This document shows positions 40,202 through 48,901 of a stretch of 64,000 nt of DNA, in pieces (the first letter of the stretch is position 1; each line of letters starts with the position of its first letter). A program made the translations under genes and the position numbers. The notes below the pieces were generated by a model, which worked only from the letters and a program-made list of their open reading frames with translations, had not been told where the DNA came from and made no database searches. This DNA is from an uncultured SAR86 cluster bacterium (GTDB lineage Bacteria; Pseudomonadota; Gammaproteobacteria; Magnimaribacterales; AG-339-G14), in assembly GCA_902627595.1 (NCBI GenBank), contig CACOJO010000004.1, forward strand, positions 27,632 through 91,631. Reading direction: 5' to 3'.

Positions 40202-41131
40202 ATGAATAGAATAACTGAAATGTTGGGTTGCAAATATCCGATTATTCAATCACCAATGGGCTGGATTGCTAGGAGTCAACTCGCTTCAGCTGTATCAAAT
40301 GCTGGAGGTTTTGGGATTATTGAAACCTCATCGGGAGAAGTAGATCAATGTAAAGACGAAATAAGAAAAATGGCTTCTCTTACGAATAGTCCATTTGGAG
40401 TAAATCTTCCAATTCTATTTCTTTCAGATGAAAGTATGTTAGAAGTGGTAATTGAAGAAAACGTTAAATTTGTTACAACTTCTGCTGGAGATCCAGCTAA
40501 ATATATTCATAAGCTCAAGGAAGCAGATATTAAAGTATTTCATGCTGTTCCAAGCCTAGCAGGAGCTCTTAAGGCTGTAGATGCAGGTGTAGATGGCCTA
40601 GTTGTAGAAGGAACAGAAGGAGGAGGTTTTAAAAGTCCTGAAGAAGTAGGTTTGCATGTCTTAATTCAATCTATTCGTAAGCACTCTGATTTACCTATTG
40701 TAGCTGCTGGAGGTATCGTCGATGGTATTGGTATGGCAGCGGCTTTCGCAGCAGGTGCTGATGGTATTCAAATGGGAACAAGATTTGTTTCATCTTTAGA
40801 AAGTCCAGTTCATGAAAATTTCAAAGACGCAATTGTAAGTGGTTCTGAACAAGGTACTTACATTCTTAATAAAAAAGCAAAACCATGTATTAGAGCTCTA
40901 AAGACAGAGTTAACTGATAAGATTTATGAGGAAGGGTTAATGGATATGTCTGCTCTTAGCGGAATAAAAGATTTATATTTTGGTGGCGACATGAATGCAG
41001 CGCCTGCTTTAGCAGGTCAGTCTATTGGACTCATAAATGAAGTATTACCAGTAGAACAGATTATCAAACAAACTATGCAAGAATTTAATTCTGTATGTGA
41101 ATCTTTATCCAACTCTAAATTTGAATTATGA
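40202..41131 (+). CDS. Nitronate monooxygenase / NMO-family FMN oxidoreductase (FabK-like fold)
   Basis: YPIIQSPMGWIA, VVEGTEGGGF, AAGGIVDG, GADGIQMGTRF. Start set at the ATG at 40202, which is preceded by GGAG. Confidence 0.75.
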   Translation: MNRITEMLGCKYPIIQSPMGWIARSQLASAVSNAGGFGIIETSSGEVDQCKDEIRKMASLTNSPFGVNLPILFLSDESMLEVVIEENVKFVTTSAGDPAKYIHKLKEADIKVFHAVPSLAGALKAVDAGVDGLVVEGTEGGGFKSPEEVGLHVLIQSIRKHSDLPIVAAGGIVDGIGMAAAFAAGADGIQMGTRFVSSLESPVHENFKDAIVSGSEQGTYILNKKAKPCIRALKTELTDKIYEEGLMDMSALSGIKDLYFGGDMNAAPALAGQSIGLINEVLPVEQIIKQTMQEFNSVCESLSNSKFEL

Positions 41132-42216
41132 AAATTTTAAGAACCCCAGATAGTGCTTTTGAGAATGTAAAAAATTATCCATTCGAGCCAAACTATACAA
41201 CAATACAAACTCACGACGGTTCTGAATTGAGAATTCATCATGTTGATGAAGGACCCAAAGATGGTCCGATTCTATTGGCTATGCATGGTCAACCTGTTTG
41301 GAGTTACTTATACAGTAGAATGATTCCTTTTTTGGTAGATGCAGGAATAAGAGTTATTGCGCCGGATTTACCTGGCTACGGAAAGTCCGATAAACCTGCA
41401 TCCAGAGAAGACTATTCATATCAAAGACAAGTTGATTGGATGACAGACTGGCTTAAAGCTAATGAATTCAAAAATTTAACCTTTTTTGGTCAGGATTGGG
41501 GAGGTCTTATAGGACTGAGAGTAGTAGCGAATGAGCCAGATAGATTTCTCAAGGTCGCAATGGGAAATACAGGCCTACCTTATAACCCTGACACTCCTCA
41601 AGATGTAATTGACAAAGTTAAAGCTTTTAGAGATAGCGATATCAAACTTACTGTGATGTCTATGCAAAAAGAAGTCAGTAAAATGGATGGTAAGAACATT
41701 GCCGATGATAAAACATCTTCCAGTCCAGCACTTAAATTTATGTATTGGCAGAAATTTTGTTGGGACACAGAAGATCTCCCTATTGGTTTTTTGATGTCTA
41801 ACATGATGGAAAAAAATTCCACTCTTAAGACACTTATTTCTTATTTATTTCTTAGACTTGGATTAAGAAAATTATTTCCATTGAATAGAGCAATAGATCA
41901 TGCGTATGAGGCTCCGTTTCCTGACCCATCTTATAAAATGGGTCCAAGAGCCATGCCAAGTCATGTTCCTACAATCCCAGATCAGTCTTTAAGTGCAGTA
42001 AGAGATGCTAGAGAAATATTTAAAAATTGGAATAAACCTTTTTTGAGTGTTTTTGCTGGAGATGATCCAGTAACCAATGGTGCCGAAAGAGATGTTTTGA
42101 ATATGTGTCCTAATGCAAAAAGTGCACCCCAAATAGGAGGAGGGCACTTTTATCAATGGACTCGACCCAAAGAGCTATCTAACTTACTTGCCAATTTTAT
42201 TAAAGAGAACGATTAG
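41128..42216 (+). CDS. Haloalkane dehalogenase family protein, HLD-I (DhlA-like), cytoplasmic
   Basis: MKILRTPDSAFENVKNYPFEPNY, HGQPVWSYLY, GYGKSDK, FFGQDWGG, FAGDDP (Asp aligned to DhlA D260), GGGHFYQW. No signal peptide. 4-nt overlap with the NMO gene. Confidence 0.8.
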   Translation: MKILRTPDSAFENVKNYPFEPNYTTIQTHDGSELRIHHVDEGPKDGPILLAMHGQPVWSYLYSRMIPFLVDAGIRVIAPDLPGYGKSDKPASREDYSYQRQVDWMTDWLKANEFKNLTFFGQDWGGLIGLRVVANEPDRFLKVAMGNTGLPYNPDTPQDVIDKVKAFRDSDIKLTVMSMQKEVSKMDGKNIADDKTSSSPALKFMYWQKFCWDTEDLPIGFLMSNMMEKNSTLKTLISYLFLRLGLRKLFPLNRAIDHAYEAPFPDPSYKMGPRAMPSHVPTIPDQSLSAVRDAREIFKNWNKPFLSVFAGDDPVTNGAERDVLNMCPNAKSAPQIGGGHFYQWTRPKELSNLLANFIKEND

Positions 42217-42218
42217 TT

Positions 42219-42674
42219 GTGTTAGAAATGCTTTTTCCTAAATCTGCAGATAATAATTATTTGGGCTATAAATTTGTTTTCTACGCCTTTATTCCATTCC
42301 TATTATTAATGACCTGGCGTTCTGTAATTCATATGTCTTTCGAAGACTTTGGACTACATGGTATTGCTAATGTGAAAGTATTAACTGGTACTCCTGATCC
42401 AATGCCTCTTATATATGCTTTCTTTTCTGCATGGGGTTTAGTTCAGCTAATATTTTGTGCTTTTGCCTGGATAGTCGTCATAAAATATAAGTCTTTAACA
42501 CCTTTATTAATCCTAGCTTTTTTAGTTGAGTGGTCTGTTAGAGTATTAAATTCCAGTCCAATTGTTAATGATCCGATTTATTCGGACGGAGTTACTCCTG
42601 GAATGGTTTACGCTCCTTATATGACTTTGTTCTTATTTCTTTTATTCGTTTTTTCTTTGATTAAAAAAAATTGA
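42219..42674 (+). CDS. Small membrane protein, unknown function
   Basis: GTG start 3 nt after the HLD-I stop. 151 aa with about 4 hydrophobic segments. No motif recognised. Confidence 0.45.
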   Translation: MLEMLFPKSADNNYLGYKFVFYAFIPFLLLMTWRSVIHMSFEDFGLHGIANVKVLTGTPDPMPLIYAFFSAWGLVQLIFCAFAWIVVIKYKSLTPLLILAFLVEWSVRVLNSSPIVNDPIYSDGVTPGMVYAPYMTLFLFLLFVFSLIKKN

Positions 42675-42739
42675 CCTAATTTGATACAAAACTTCTAATT
42701 TTTTCTTGTAATATTTAATATATATTTTGGGAGAAAATA

Positions 42740-43432
42740 ATGAAAAATATAAAAATATCTTTAATTTTTCTTTTAAGCTCAATATTTTCAATAAATCTTA
42801 GCGCGGTTCCAGAAGGAGCGTTTACGACTCTTATGGTTCAAGCAAAAGATATTGATAAATATGTTAATTTTTTAAAAGAAAATGTCGATTTTGATGATTT
42901 CGGATCTGAACAAGCTGGTTATTGCAAAACCAGAACAGGAGAAAGCTATCAAGGTCAAATGTTTATCTACAATGCTTTTACGAGTGTTGAAAAAGCTATA
43001 GGGTTTATTGAGTTATATGATCCAGCAAGTGCTAATTTTGACCTCAAACAATTAAGAACCATCAAATATTCTTCTGCTTTCAAACCACTTAAGGATTTTG
43101 AAGCTAGAGATGGATACCATAGGCTTTGGAGAGTAAAGTTAAACGATTGGCAGGCTTTTTCAAATTCAATGACGAAACTTCAAAAAGAACTTGATGCTGC
43201 AGGTCACAAAATGATGATTGGTGTATTTGCTCAACTTGGCGGTGGATTTGCTGAAACCGGAATGTTTCATTTAAGAACCATTACCGAAACAGCAGCAGAA
43301 ACTGGAAAAATTATAGATGAGTATTTTAGAGGAGCAGGTTGGGCTGCTACTTGGGATGATGCTCAGCAATACATAGATGAAGAAGTTGAAGAAACTTTTG
43401 AGTATTGTGAGACCATTTATACAAGAAATTAG
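42740..43432 (+). CDS. Secreted protein, unknown function
   Basis: GGGAGAA Shine-Dalgarno. Signal peptide MKNIKISLIFLLSSIFSINLSA. 230 aa. No motif recognised. Confidence 0.5.
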   Translation: MKNIKISLIFLLSSIFSINLSAVPEGAFTTLMVQAKDIDKYVNFLKENVDFDDFGSEQAGYCKTRTGESYQGQMFIYNAFTSVEKAIGFIELYDPASANFDLKQLRTIKYSSAFKPLKDFEARDGYHRLWRVKLNDWQAFSNSMTKLQKELDAAGHKMMIGVFAQLGGGFAETGMFHLRTITETAAETGKIIDEYFRGAGWAATWDDAQQYIDEEVEETFEYCETIYTRN

Positions 43433-43441
43433 AGGTAAGTC

Positions 43442-44173
43442 ATGAAAAATAAAATCATTTATTTATTTCTCACCACTTTATTGTCTTTTAGTCTATTTTC
43501 AAATGAGAATACATTGAGGCCTGGCAGTGGTGTTTATGAATTCCATTTTTTTAACGTAACTAATCCAGCAGGGTTTGTAGCTGCCATTGAGACCTTTGAT
43601 TCTTCTTCTTGTGCAGAGAAATGGCGAAATGAATCTGGAGCAAATGTTGGGCTGTATTCTCGTATGGGAGGAGGGCATTCACATATTATTTTAGTTGCAT
43701 ATGAAAATTATGACATGATGCAAAAAGGGCAAAATATCTTTGCTTCTTGTGCAGCATCTTCAGAAATGAATGTAGTTTTTGATAAAACTTCAGTAAGTGA
43801 AGATTATTATAATTACGTTACCGAGCTAGTTTTAGAGGCTGGTGATTGGCGATTGAATACTGTTTTTTCTAACATTGAAGTTAAGGTTAAAACTGGAAGT
43901 CAAGCATCTTATCTTGAAGCGTACAAACAACTTACAAATTCCACTGCAGATGCTTTTGGGTCATATGGAATAAATAGAGTAGTTTATGGCAATAAGTATG
44001 TATCTCATATGTTGTATAACGGATCTAATTCTATTCAAGAGCTAAACAATGCCTTGGATGAAGTTTATGCTTCAAATGAATTCAAGTCTTTCAATAGAAA
44101 GGTTGGAAATATTAGAAAGTTAGTAAATTCAACACTTGCTCAATTAGTTAAAGCTTATCCTGCTGAAAGATAG
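43442..44173 (+). CDS. Secreted protein, unknown function
   Basis: GAGG Shine-Dalgarno. Signal peptide MKNKIIYLFLTTLLSFSLFS. 243 aa. No motif recognised. Confidence 0.5.
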   Translation: MKNKIIYLFLTTLLSFSLFSNENTLRPGSGVYEFHFFNVTNPAGFVAAIETFDSSSCAEKWRNESGANVGLYSRMGGGHSHIILVAYENYDMMQKGQNIFASCAASSEMNVVFDKTSVSEDYYNYVTELVLEAGDWRLNTVFSNIEVKVKTGSQASYLEAYKQLTNSTADAFGSYGINRVVYGNKYVSHMLYNGSNSIQELNNALDEVYASNEFKSFNRKVGNIRKLVNSTLAQLVKAYPAER

Positions 44174-44180
44174 TTGATTT

Positions 44181-44208
44181 ATAAGCCGCTCGTTTATGAG
44201 CGGCTTAT
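44181..44208 (+). terminator. GC-rich 11-bp perfect hairpin, 8 nt after the stop of the 43442-44173 gene
   Basis: ATAAGCCGCTC-gtttat-GAGCGGCTTAT. No U-tract follows on either strand (an A-run follows on +), so it is a non-canonical terminator or an RNA-stabilising hairpin. Confidence 0.5.
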
Positions 44209-44366
44209 TAACAGAAAAAAAAATTAACTATTTTATACACAGATAAAGTATCTTTATCTATATCTAATTTTCTATTTCAATAATAAGAGGGAAGTAACAA
44301 TAGTGAGTTTTCATTGAATCTAAAGGATATATACATTCGTATAATATATATTATGTTAAATTTAAA

Positions 44367-44918
44367 TTAAGTTAAAATGATTAATAAGGCATAAGAATTA
44401 ATAACAAAAATTGCTGAAATAGCCTGTATATTTCTATCAATTTCAATTTCTTTTCCTAGGAAGCGAATTATTATAGGAGGAACGCCATTTATATCATTGA
44501 ACTCCCCGTCATATAACTTAATAGATGCTGCAGTAGCAAAGAAAGAAAATATCCATAAAAAATTTAATGCAACAACTAGTAATAAATTAAAAAAGGTATC
44601 AAATACCCATAATAAAGATAAGCAAAGTAAGGCAGTAAATATCATTGCATTTACCTGCCAAACTAAATGAAACCTAGCGTGACCTGTCCATAAAGGATTA
44701 GTGGCATGAGACTCATTAAAATCTATTAAAGGAGTTATTATTGCAAAACCCAAGCAAATCATCGTGAGAAGAATTTTTGAAATAAATATATGCGAGTAAT
44801 CAGTAAAAAGGAGGGTATAAAAAGACCACAATATTGTTATCCCAATAATAGTTCCAAACATACTTTGAGCTCTTAACGCAAAGTTAAACGCCCTGCTTCT
44901 TTGTTCTGGATCAAACAT
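44367..44918 (-). CDS. Polytopic membrane protein, unknown function
   Basis: 183 aa with about 5 hydrophobic segments and a conserved-looking NPLWTGHARFHLVWQ loop. No family recognised. Confidence 0.45.
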   Translation of the reverse strand: MFDPEQRSRAFNFALRAQSMFGTIIGITILWSFYTLLFTDYSHIFISKILLTMICLGFAIITPLIDFNESHATNPLWTGHARFHLVWQVNAMIFTALLCLSLLWVFDTFFNLLLVVALNFLWIFSFFATAASIKLYDGEFNDINGVPPIIIRFLGKEIEIDRNIQAISAIFVINSYALLIILT

Positions 44919-44981
44919 TTAATTCTCCTAAATTTTTTCTTTATAAATGATATATTTATTTTCCTTACAGGAGTAATAATA

Positions 44982-45839
44982 ATGGACAAGAAATACAAAG
45001 AGATTTTAGGAAAACAAATGGCTTATTTAGATTCAGGTGTAGGCCAATCAATAGTTTTTTTACACGGTAATCCTGCCTCATCTTTTTTATGGCGAAATAT
45101 CACTCCATATGTAGAGGATATTGGCCGAATAGTTGTTCCAGATTTAATTGGAATGGGCGACTCTGAAAAACTTGAAGGAACAGATAATCCTGATTATCAA
45201 TATCATGGACAATACAAATATCTGTCTACATTACTAGATGAATTAGATTTAGGTGAGGAAATTAATTTAGTAATACATGATTGGGGTTCTGCAATGGGAT
45301 TTCAGTATGCAAGAGAAAATTCAAATAAAATAAAATCGATTACATTTATGGAGGCAATCGTAATGCCACTAACTTGGGATCAATGGCCAGAAAATGCAAG
45401 AAACATTTTTCAACTAATGCGTTCTGATGCAGGAGAAGAAATTGTTCTTGAAAAAAATGTTTTTGTAGAAAGGATTCTTTTGAATGACTCTGCGGATGGT
45501 TTTACCGACGAAGAAAAGGCTGAGTACATTCGACCCTTTAAAAATGCAGGTGAAGATCGTCGCCCTACTCTTACTTGGCCCAGACAAATTCCTGTAGATG
45601 GTTCTCCTCAGGTTGTAATTGATGAAGTAATAAAAAATGGCGAATTTCATAAAGACTCAAATATCCCGAAACTTTTCATTAATGCCGATCCTGGAAGCAT
45701 TCTTGTAGGAGATCAAAGAGAATTTGTTCGAAGCTGGAAAAACTTGAAAGAAGTAACTGTGAAAGGAAACCATTTTATTCAAGAACATTCTCCCAATGAA
45801 ATAGGAGCAGCTATAAAAGATTTCTTAGGTTCGTTGTAA
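44982..45839 (+). CDS. Haloalkane dehalogenase, HLD-II (DhaA/LinB-like)
   Basis: FLHGNPASSFLWRN, PDLIGMGDSEK, VIHDWGSAMGF, MEAIV and GNHFIQEH are colinear with DhaA as recalled (HGNPTSSYLWRN, VIHDWGSALGF, MEFI, HYLQED). Start set at the ATG at 44982 after a CAGGAG Shine-Dalgarno. Confidence 0.85.
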   Translation: MDKKYKEILGKQMAYLDSGVGQSIVFLHGNPASSFLWRNITPYVEDIGRIVVPDLIGMGDSEKLEGTDNPDYQYHGQYKYLSTLLDELDLGEEINLVIHDWGSAMGFQYARENSNKIKSITFMEAIVMPLTWDQWPENARNIFQLMRSDAGEEIVLEKNVFVERILLNDSADGFTDEEKAEYIRPFKNAGEDRRPTLTWPRQIPVDGSPQVVIDEVIKNGEFHKDSNIPKLFINADPGSILVGDQREFVRSWKNLKEVTVKGNHFIQEHSPNEIGAAIKDFLGSL

Positions 45840-45877
45840 AAAATTAATTAGCTCAATAATTATTCTATTCCAAACAA

Positions 45878-45914
45878 TAAAAAAAACCCCTTTAAAATTT
45901 AAAGGGGTTTTTTT
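45878..45914. terminator. Bidirectional intrinsic terminator
   Basis: A9-CCCCTTTAAA-a-TTTAAAGGGG-T7. The stem is flanked by an A-run and a T-run, between convergent genes ending at 45839 (+) and 45927 (-). Confidence 0.7.
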
Positions 45915-45926
45915 GAAGATAAGTTA

Positions 45927-48881
45927 TTAATTTGGTGGCGCTATAATAGTTTTTCCATGAATTACCGAGGGATCTGTACTATTTGCACTTGGTAATGTTG
46001 TTGCAGGAACAGTACCAATGGAATTTGCACCGGAAAATAAGTTCTGAATATTATTTGCTGCCGGTAAATCACTCACTGACTTAGAGTAACTTACTCCAGC
46101 AGGAATGCTTCCTAATTTAAGTAAATATTCATCTCCTCTTAGAGCTCTGATTTTTAAGTCATCCCCACCACTTAGGTTAGTAAGAACAGTAGCATCAGGT
46201 ATTACAAATTCATGTATGTATCGGTAACACTGGTTCCATCCACCATCAACATATCTTCCTAAGATTGCGCCTGTACAGGTATTTACTACTCGTCCAGGAA
46301 TATTATGTAGCTCTCCGTAACCTTCAAATTTCAGTTTGAATTTTTTTCCAGCAAGATTTGTGTTTGGAAAGTTATAAGTTATTCCACTTGCAGGGACAGT
46401 AAATAAAACTGATTGCGGTGGGGAGACATTGACATATTGACTAGAAGTATCGTTATACAGTCGATAGTCAGGCATTTGTCTTACTCTGATGTCATACATA
46501 GTCGCAACCGCTCCTTCCCACATTTTGTAGTCACAATAATATGAGGCATTTCCAGTTGCATGAACTGCAGCATCATTTGCTTTAGCTTTGAACTTAACAT
46601 CATAACCCCTTGCGTTACCACCAGAAGTTTCACAAAGAAGAGCTGCTTTATTAGTGTCTGAATTAATCACTGCTCTCATATGAAAAGCCCAGCCAAAATT
46701 ATTGGTATGATTATTTTGATAAGTATGAGGCTTCATGTAATAACGATAATTTTGTAGAGCATCGCCATGCTGTCTAGCATCTACTTTTTGTCCATTTGCA
46801 AGAGAATATTCTATGTAAGTATTACCTGCTGTACCGTCTCTGAGTTTATTGGTTCCAGCAACATTCACAATTGTATATTGAGGAGCATCAGCAACTTTTA
46901 TTCCGCCAATATTATTGTAGTTACCAGCTGCAATATCTGACTCTCCCCCATCTTGGTCACCATTACCATTTGAGTCGTAATAAACTGTGGCTGTCCACCA
47001 GTCTCCAACATTTTTGTAAGGAGTAACGTTTAAAGCACCAGGATTACTTGAATTTTGAACTGCAGTAAAAGCTGCATCAATAGCAGTATTCATATTAGAG
47101 GCATCAAGACATTCTCTTATGCAAAGCAGACCTGTTGCATTGTCGCCAGTATTAGTTATTTCTGTTGCCAACTGATCGATATTTATTCTTTCTTCTGTTC
47201 TTGTTCTAACTTGAGCGGAAGGCGTTGTTGAGTCAGGGTCACCAAAAGCAGCATAAGGAACTGTGTAACTTTGATGAGAGTCAGGATCCCAAAAATGCAT
47301 CCTTCTATTCCAGCCTGAGTCAGTCATTTGAGTTGACCAATTTGCCGCCGTAAATGAGAAAGGATTATCCAATGCAAAAGGCATTATTCTAGCTCCCCAA
47401 TCCATTCCATGAGTTACAGTAAAAGTTACAGTAGAGCCACTAACAGTAATTGTTCCTGAGTACTCAGGACAGTTACCTTGTGCAGCATTACAATTACCGG
47501 CATTCGGAAAATTAAGATTTCCTAGTTTTGTTTGAAAAGTACCACCGTCTCTGAAATTATTTGCATAAAATTGAAAGGAAACTCCGCCAAGTTGGTCTAA
47601 TGAAAGATACTGTCGCGTTCTTTTTACAATTTCATAGTAATTTTTTCTTAAATTATATGAATTGTTATCGCTAGAATTTCTTTTATTTTTAAATATAGTT
47701 GAGTCAGTTACATTTGCCCTATCAGTAGGATTAACATGCACTCCCCAGTAGCTGGCATGAGACCATATTGGAGCAGAAAGTGAACCATTATCAATAGTAT
47801 TTGCTTCCAAAGACATGGAAGGTGTAGTTAAGTCAGCCCTTGAACCGTCTGAATTTTTGTAAGTTCCATATTCATATACCACTCTTTTTGCTGCTGATCT
47901 TCTAGTATCCCAGCAATGTTCACCAGTAATAGTAGCTGCAGTTCCTCCGTCAGTATCAACAAAGCCTCCCCCGTTTTGAGCATTGGTTATAGCCGTTGCT
48001 AGATTAGTTTCAGAGATTGCCGCTCCTTCTGTCCAAAGACCATTACCACCTTGAGAATATTCATTAGCACTAGAAAATTTTTGGCAGTATCTATCTGCAC
48101 CTTCGTTAACCTGTACTTGATGTCTTACAGCATAAGTTGTCATTCCACCGCCGCCAGCAATACGAAGAATTGTTTGCATAAATCCTTGAATATTGTTGGC
48201 ATCAGCCAAGTCTGCAATGATTACCCTATCAGGACCTTGCATACCCGTTTCTCGATATTGGATGGTTGTGTTGTTTACATTTAAATAACCTTGATTTATG
48301 GATATACCAGCTGTGGGAAGTCCTTGTGCGATTTGAATTTGTTTGTTTCTGAGGTCATATCGCATGGTAAAAGTTCCAAAACGATTAGTGCTACTTTTAT
48401 CTGCAGTTACTGTTGTAGATAAGAAAGCGGTTGTTGGAACTATGGTTCCGTTTTGGCCCATCTCTAATTCAATATCCACCCAACCTTTTCCTTGTACTGT
48501 ATTTCCAGAAGTTTCCCCAGTATAAATTCCAGTAGTATATTCAGTAGCGTCAACTGCATTGGTGCCAGTTCCTGCCCCACCGCCACTAGCTGATGAACCT
48601 GTTGCAGATGCTGCTTCAGAAGCTGCATCAGCTCCGCTTGCAGATTCACATTTAGCCTCATCAGTTAAAGCTTTATAAACTCCTTTGTTAACAAAAGTAG
48701 AAAAATTAATACTTTCCATGAAACATAAGAGAAAATTAACTTGGCTCATTGCATCGTTTGCAAGTATGCCTGGCACGTAATAATCTACTTCCGCAGCATC
48801 ATCAGTATAATCATCTGTAAAAGACAAATTACTTATTAATATAAAAGTTAATGTAGTAAAAAAAAGCTTAATTGTTTTCAT
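45927..48881 (-). CDS. Large secreted protein, unknown function (984 aa; Gly/Thr/Asn/Ala-rich, multiple Cys)
   Basis: AAGGAA Shine-Dalgarno. Signal peptide MKTIKLFFTTLTFILISNLSFT. Uninterrupted 2.95-kb ORF. No catalytic or repeat motif recognised. Confidence 0.6.
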   Translation of the reverse strand: MKTIKLFFTTLTFILISNLSFTDDYTDDAAEVDYYVPGILANDAMSQVNFLLCFMESINFSTFVNKGVYKALTDEAKCESASGADAASEAASATGSSASGGGAGTGTNAVDATEYTTGIYTGETSGNTVQGKGWVDIELEMGQNGTIVPTTAFLSTTVTADKSSTNRFGTFTMRYDLRNKQIQIAQGLPTAGISINQGYLNVNNTTIQYRETGMQGPDRVIIADLADANNIQGFMQTILRIAGGGGMTTYAVRHQVQVNEGADRYCQKFSSANEYSQGGNGLWTEGAAISETNLATAITNAQNGGGFVDTDGGTAATITGEHCWDTRRSAAKRVVYEYGTYKNSDGSRADLTTPSMSLEANTIDNGSLSAPIWSHASYWGVHVNPTDRANVTDSTIFKNKRNSSDNNSYNLRKNYYEIVKRTRQYLSLDQLGGVSFQFYANNFRDGGTFQTKLGNLNFPNAGNCNAAQGNCPEYSGTITVSGSTVTFTVTHGMDWGARIMPFALDNPFSFTAANWSTQMTDSGWNRRMHFWDPDSHQSYTVPYAAFGDPDSTTPSAQVRTRTEERINIDQLATEITNTGDNATGLLCIRECLDASNMNTAIDAAFTAVQNSSNPGALNVTPYKNVGDWWTATVYYDSNGNGDQDGGESDIAAGNYNNIGGIKVADAPQYTIVNVAGTNKLRDGTAGNTYIEYSLANGQKVDARQHGDALQNYRYYMKPHTYQNNHTNNFGWAFHMRAVINSDTNKAALLCETSGGNARGYDVKFKAKANDAAVHATGNASYYCDYKMWEGAVATMYDIRVRQMPDYRLYNDTSSQYVNVSPPQSVLFTVPASGITYNFPNTNLAGKKFKLKFEGYGELHNIPGRVVNTCTGAILGRYVDGGWNQCYRYIHEFVIPDATVLTNLSGGDDLKIRALRGDEYLLKLGSIPAGVSYSKSVSDLPAANNIQNLFSGANSIGTVPATTLPSANSTDPSVIHGKTIIAPPN

Positions 48882-48901
48882 TTTTATATTCCTTGATTAA
48901 A

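Noticed and set aside
44209-44366. A 158-nt AT-rich convergent spacer, examined for a small ORF, sRNA or attachment site.
   Set aside because: Only a 4-codon ORF follows the one Shine-Dalgarno-like sequence (GTG AGT TTT CAT TGA). I saw no stable secondary structure beyond the 44181-44208 hairpin, and no repeat matching the other island boundary. It remains unexplained but unsupported.
44901-44981. N-terminal extensions in the ORF track. These are 44901 for HLD-II, 8120 for the hydroxylase, 55834 for aceA, 27424 for glutaredoxin, 40178 for NMO and 57743 for nqrM.
   Set aside because: The extended starts overlap neighbouring genes and add non-homologous residues. Internal ATGs preceded by Shine-Dalgarno-like sequences restore colinearity with known family N-termini.
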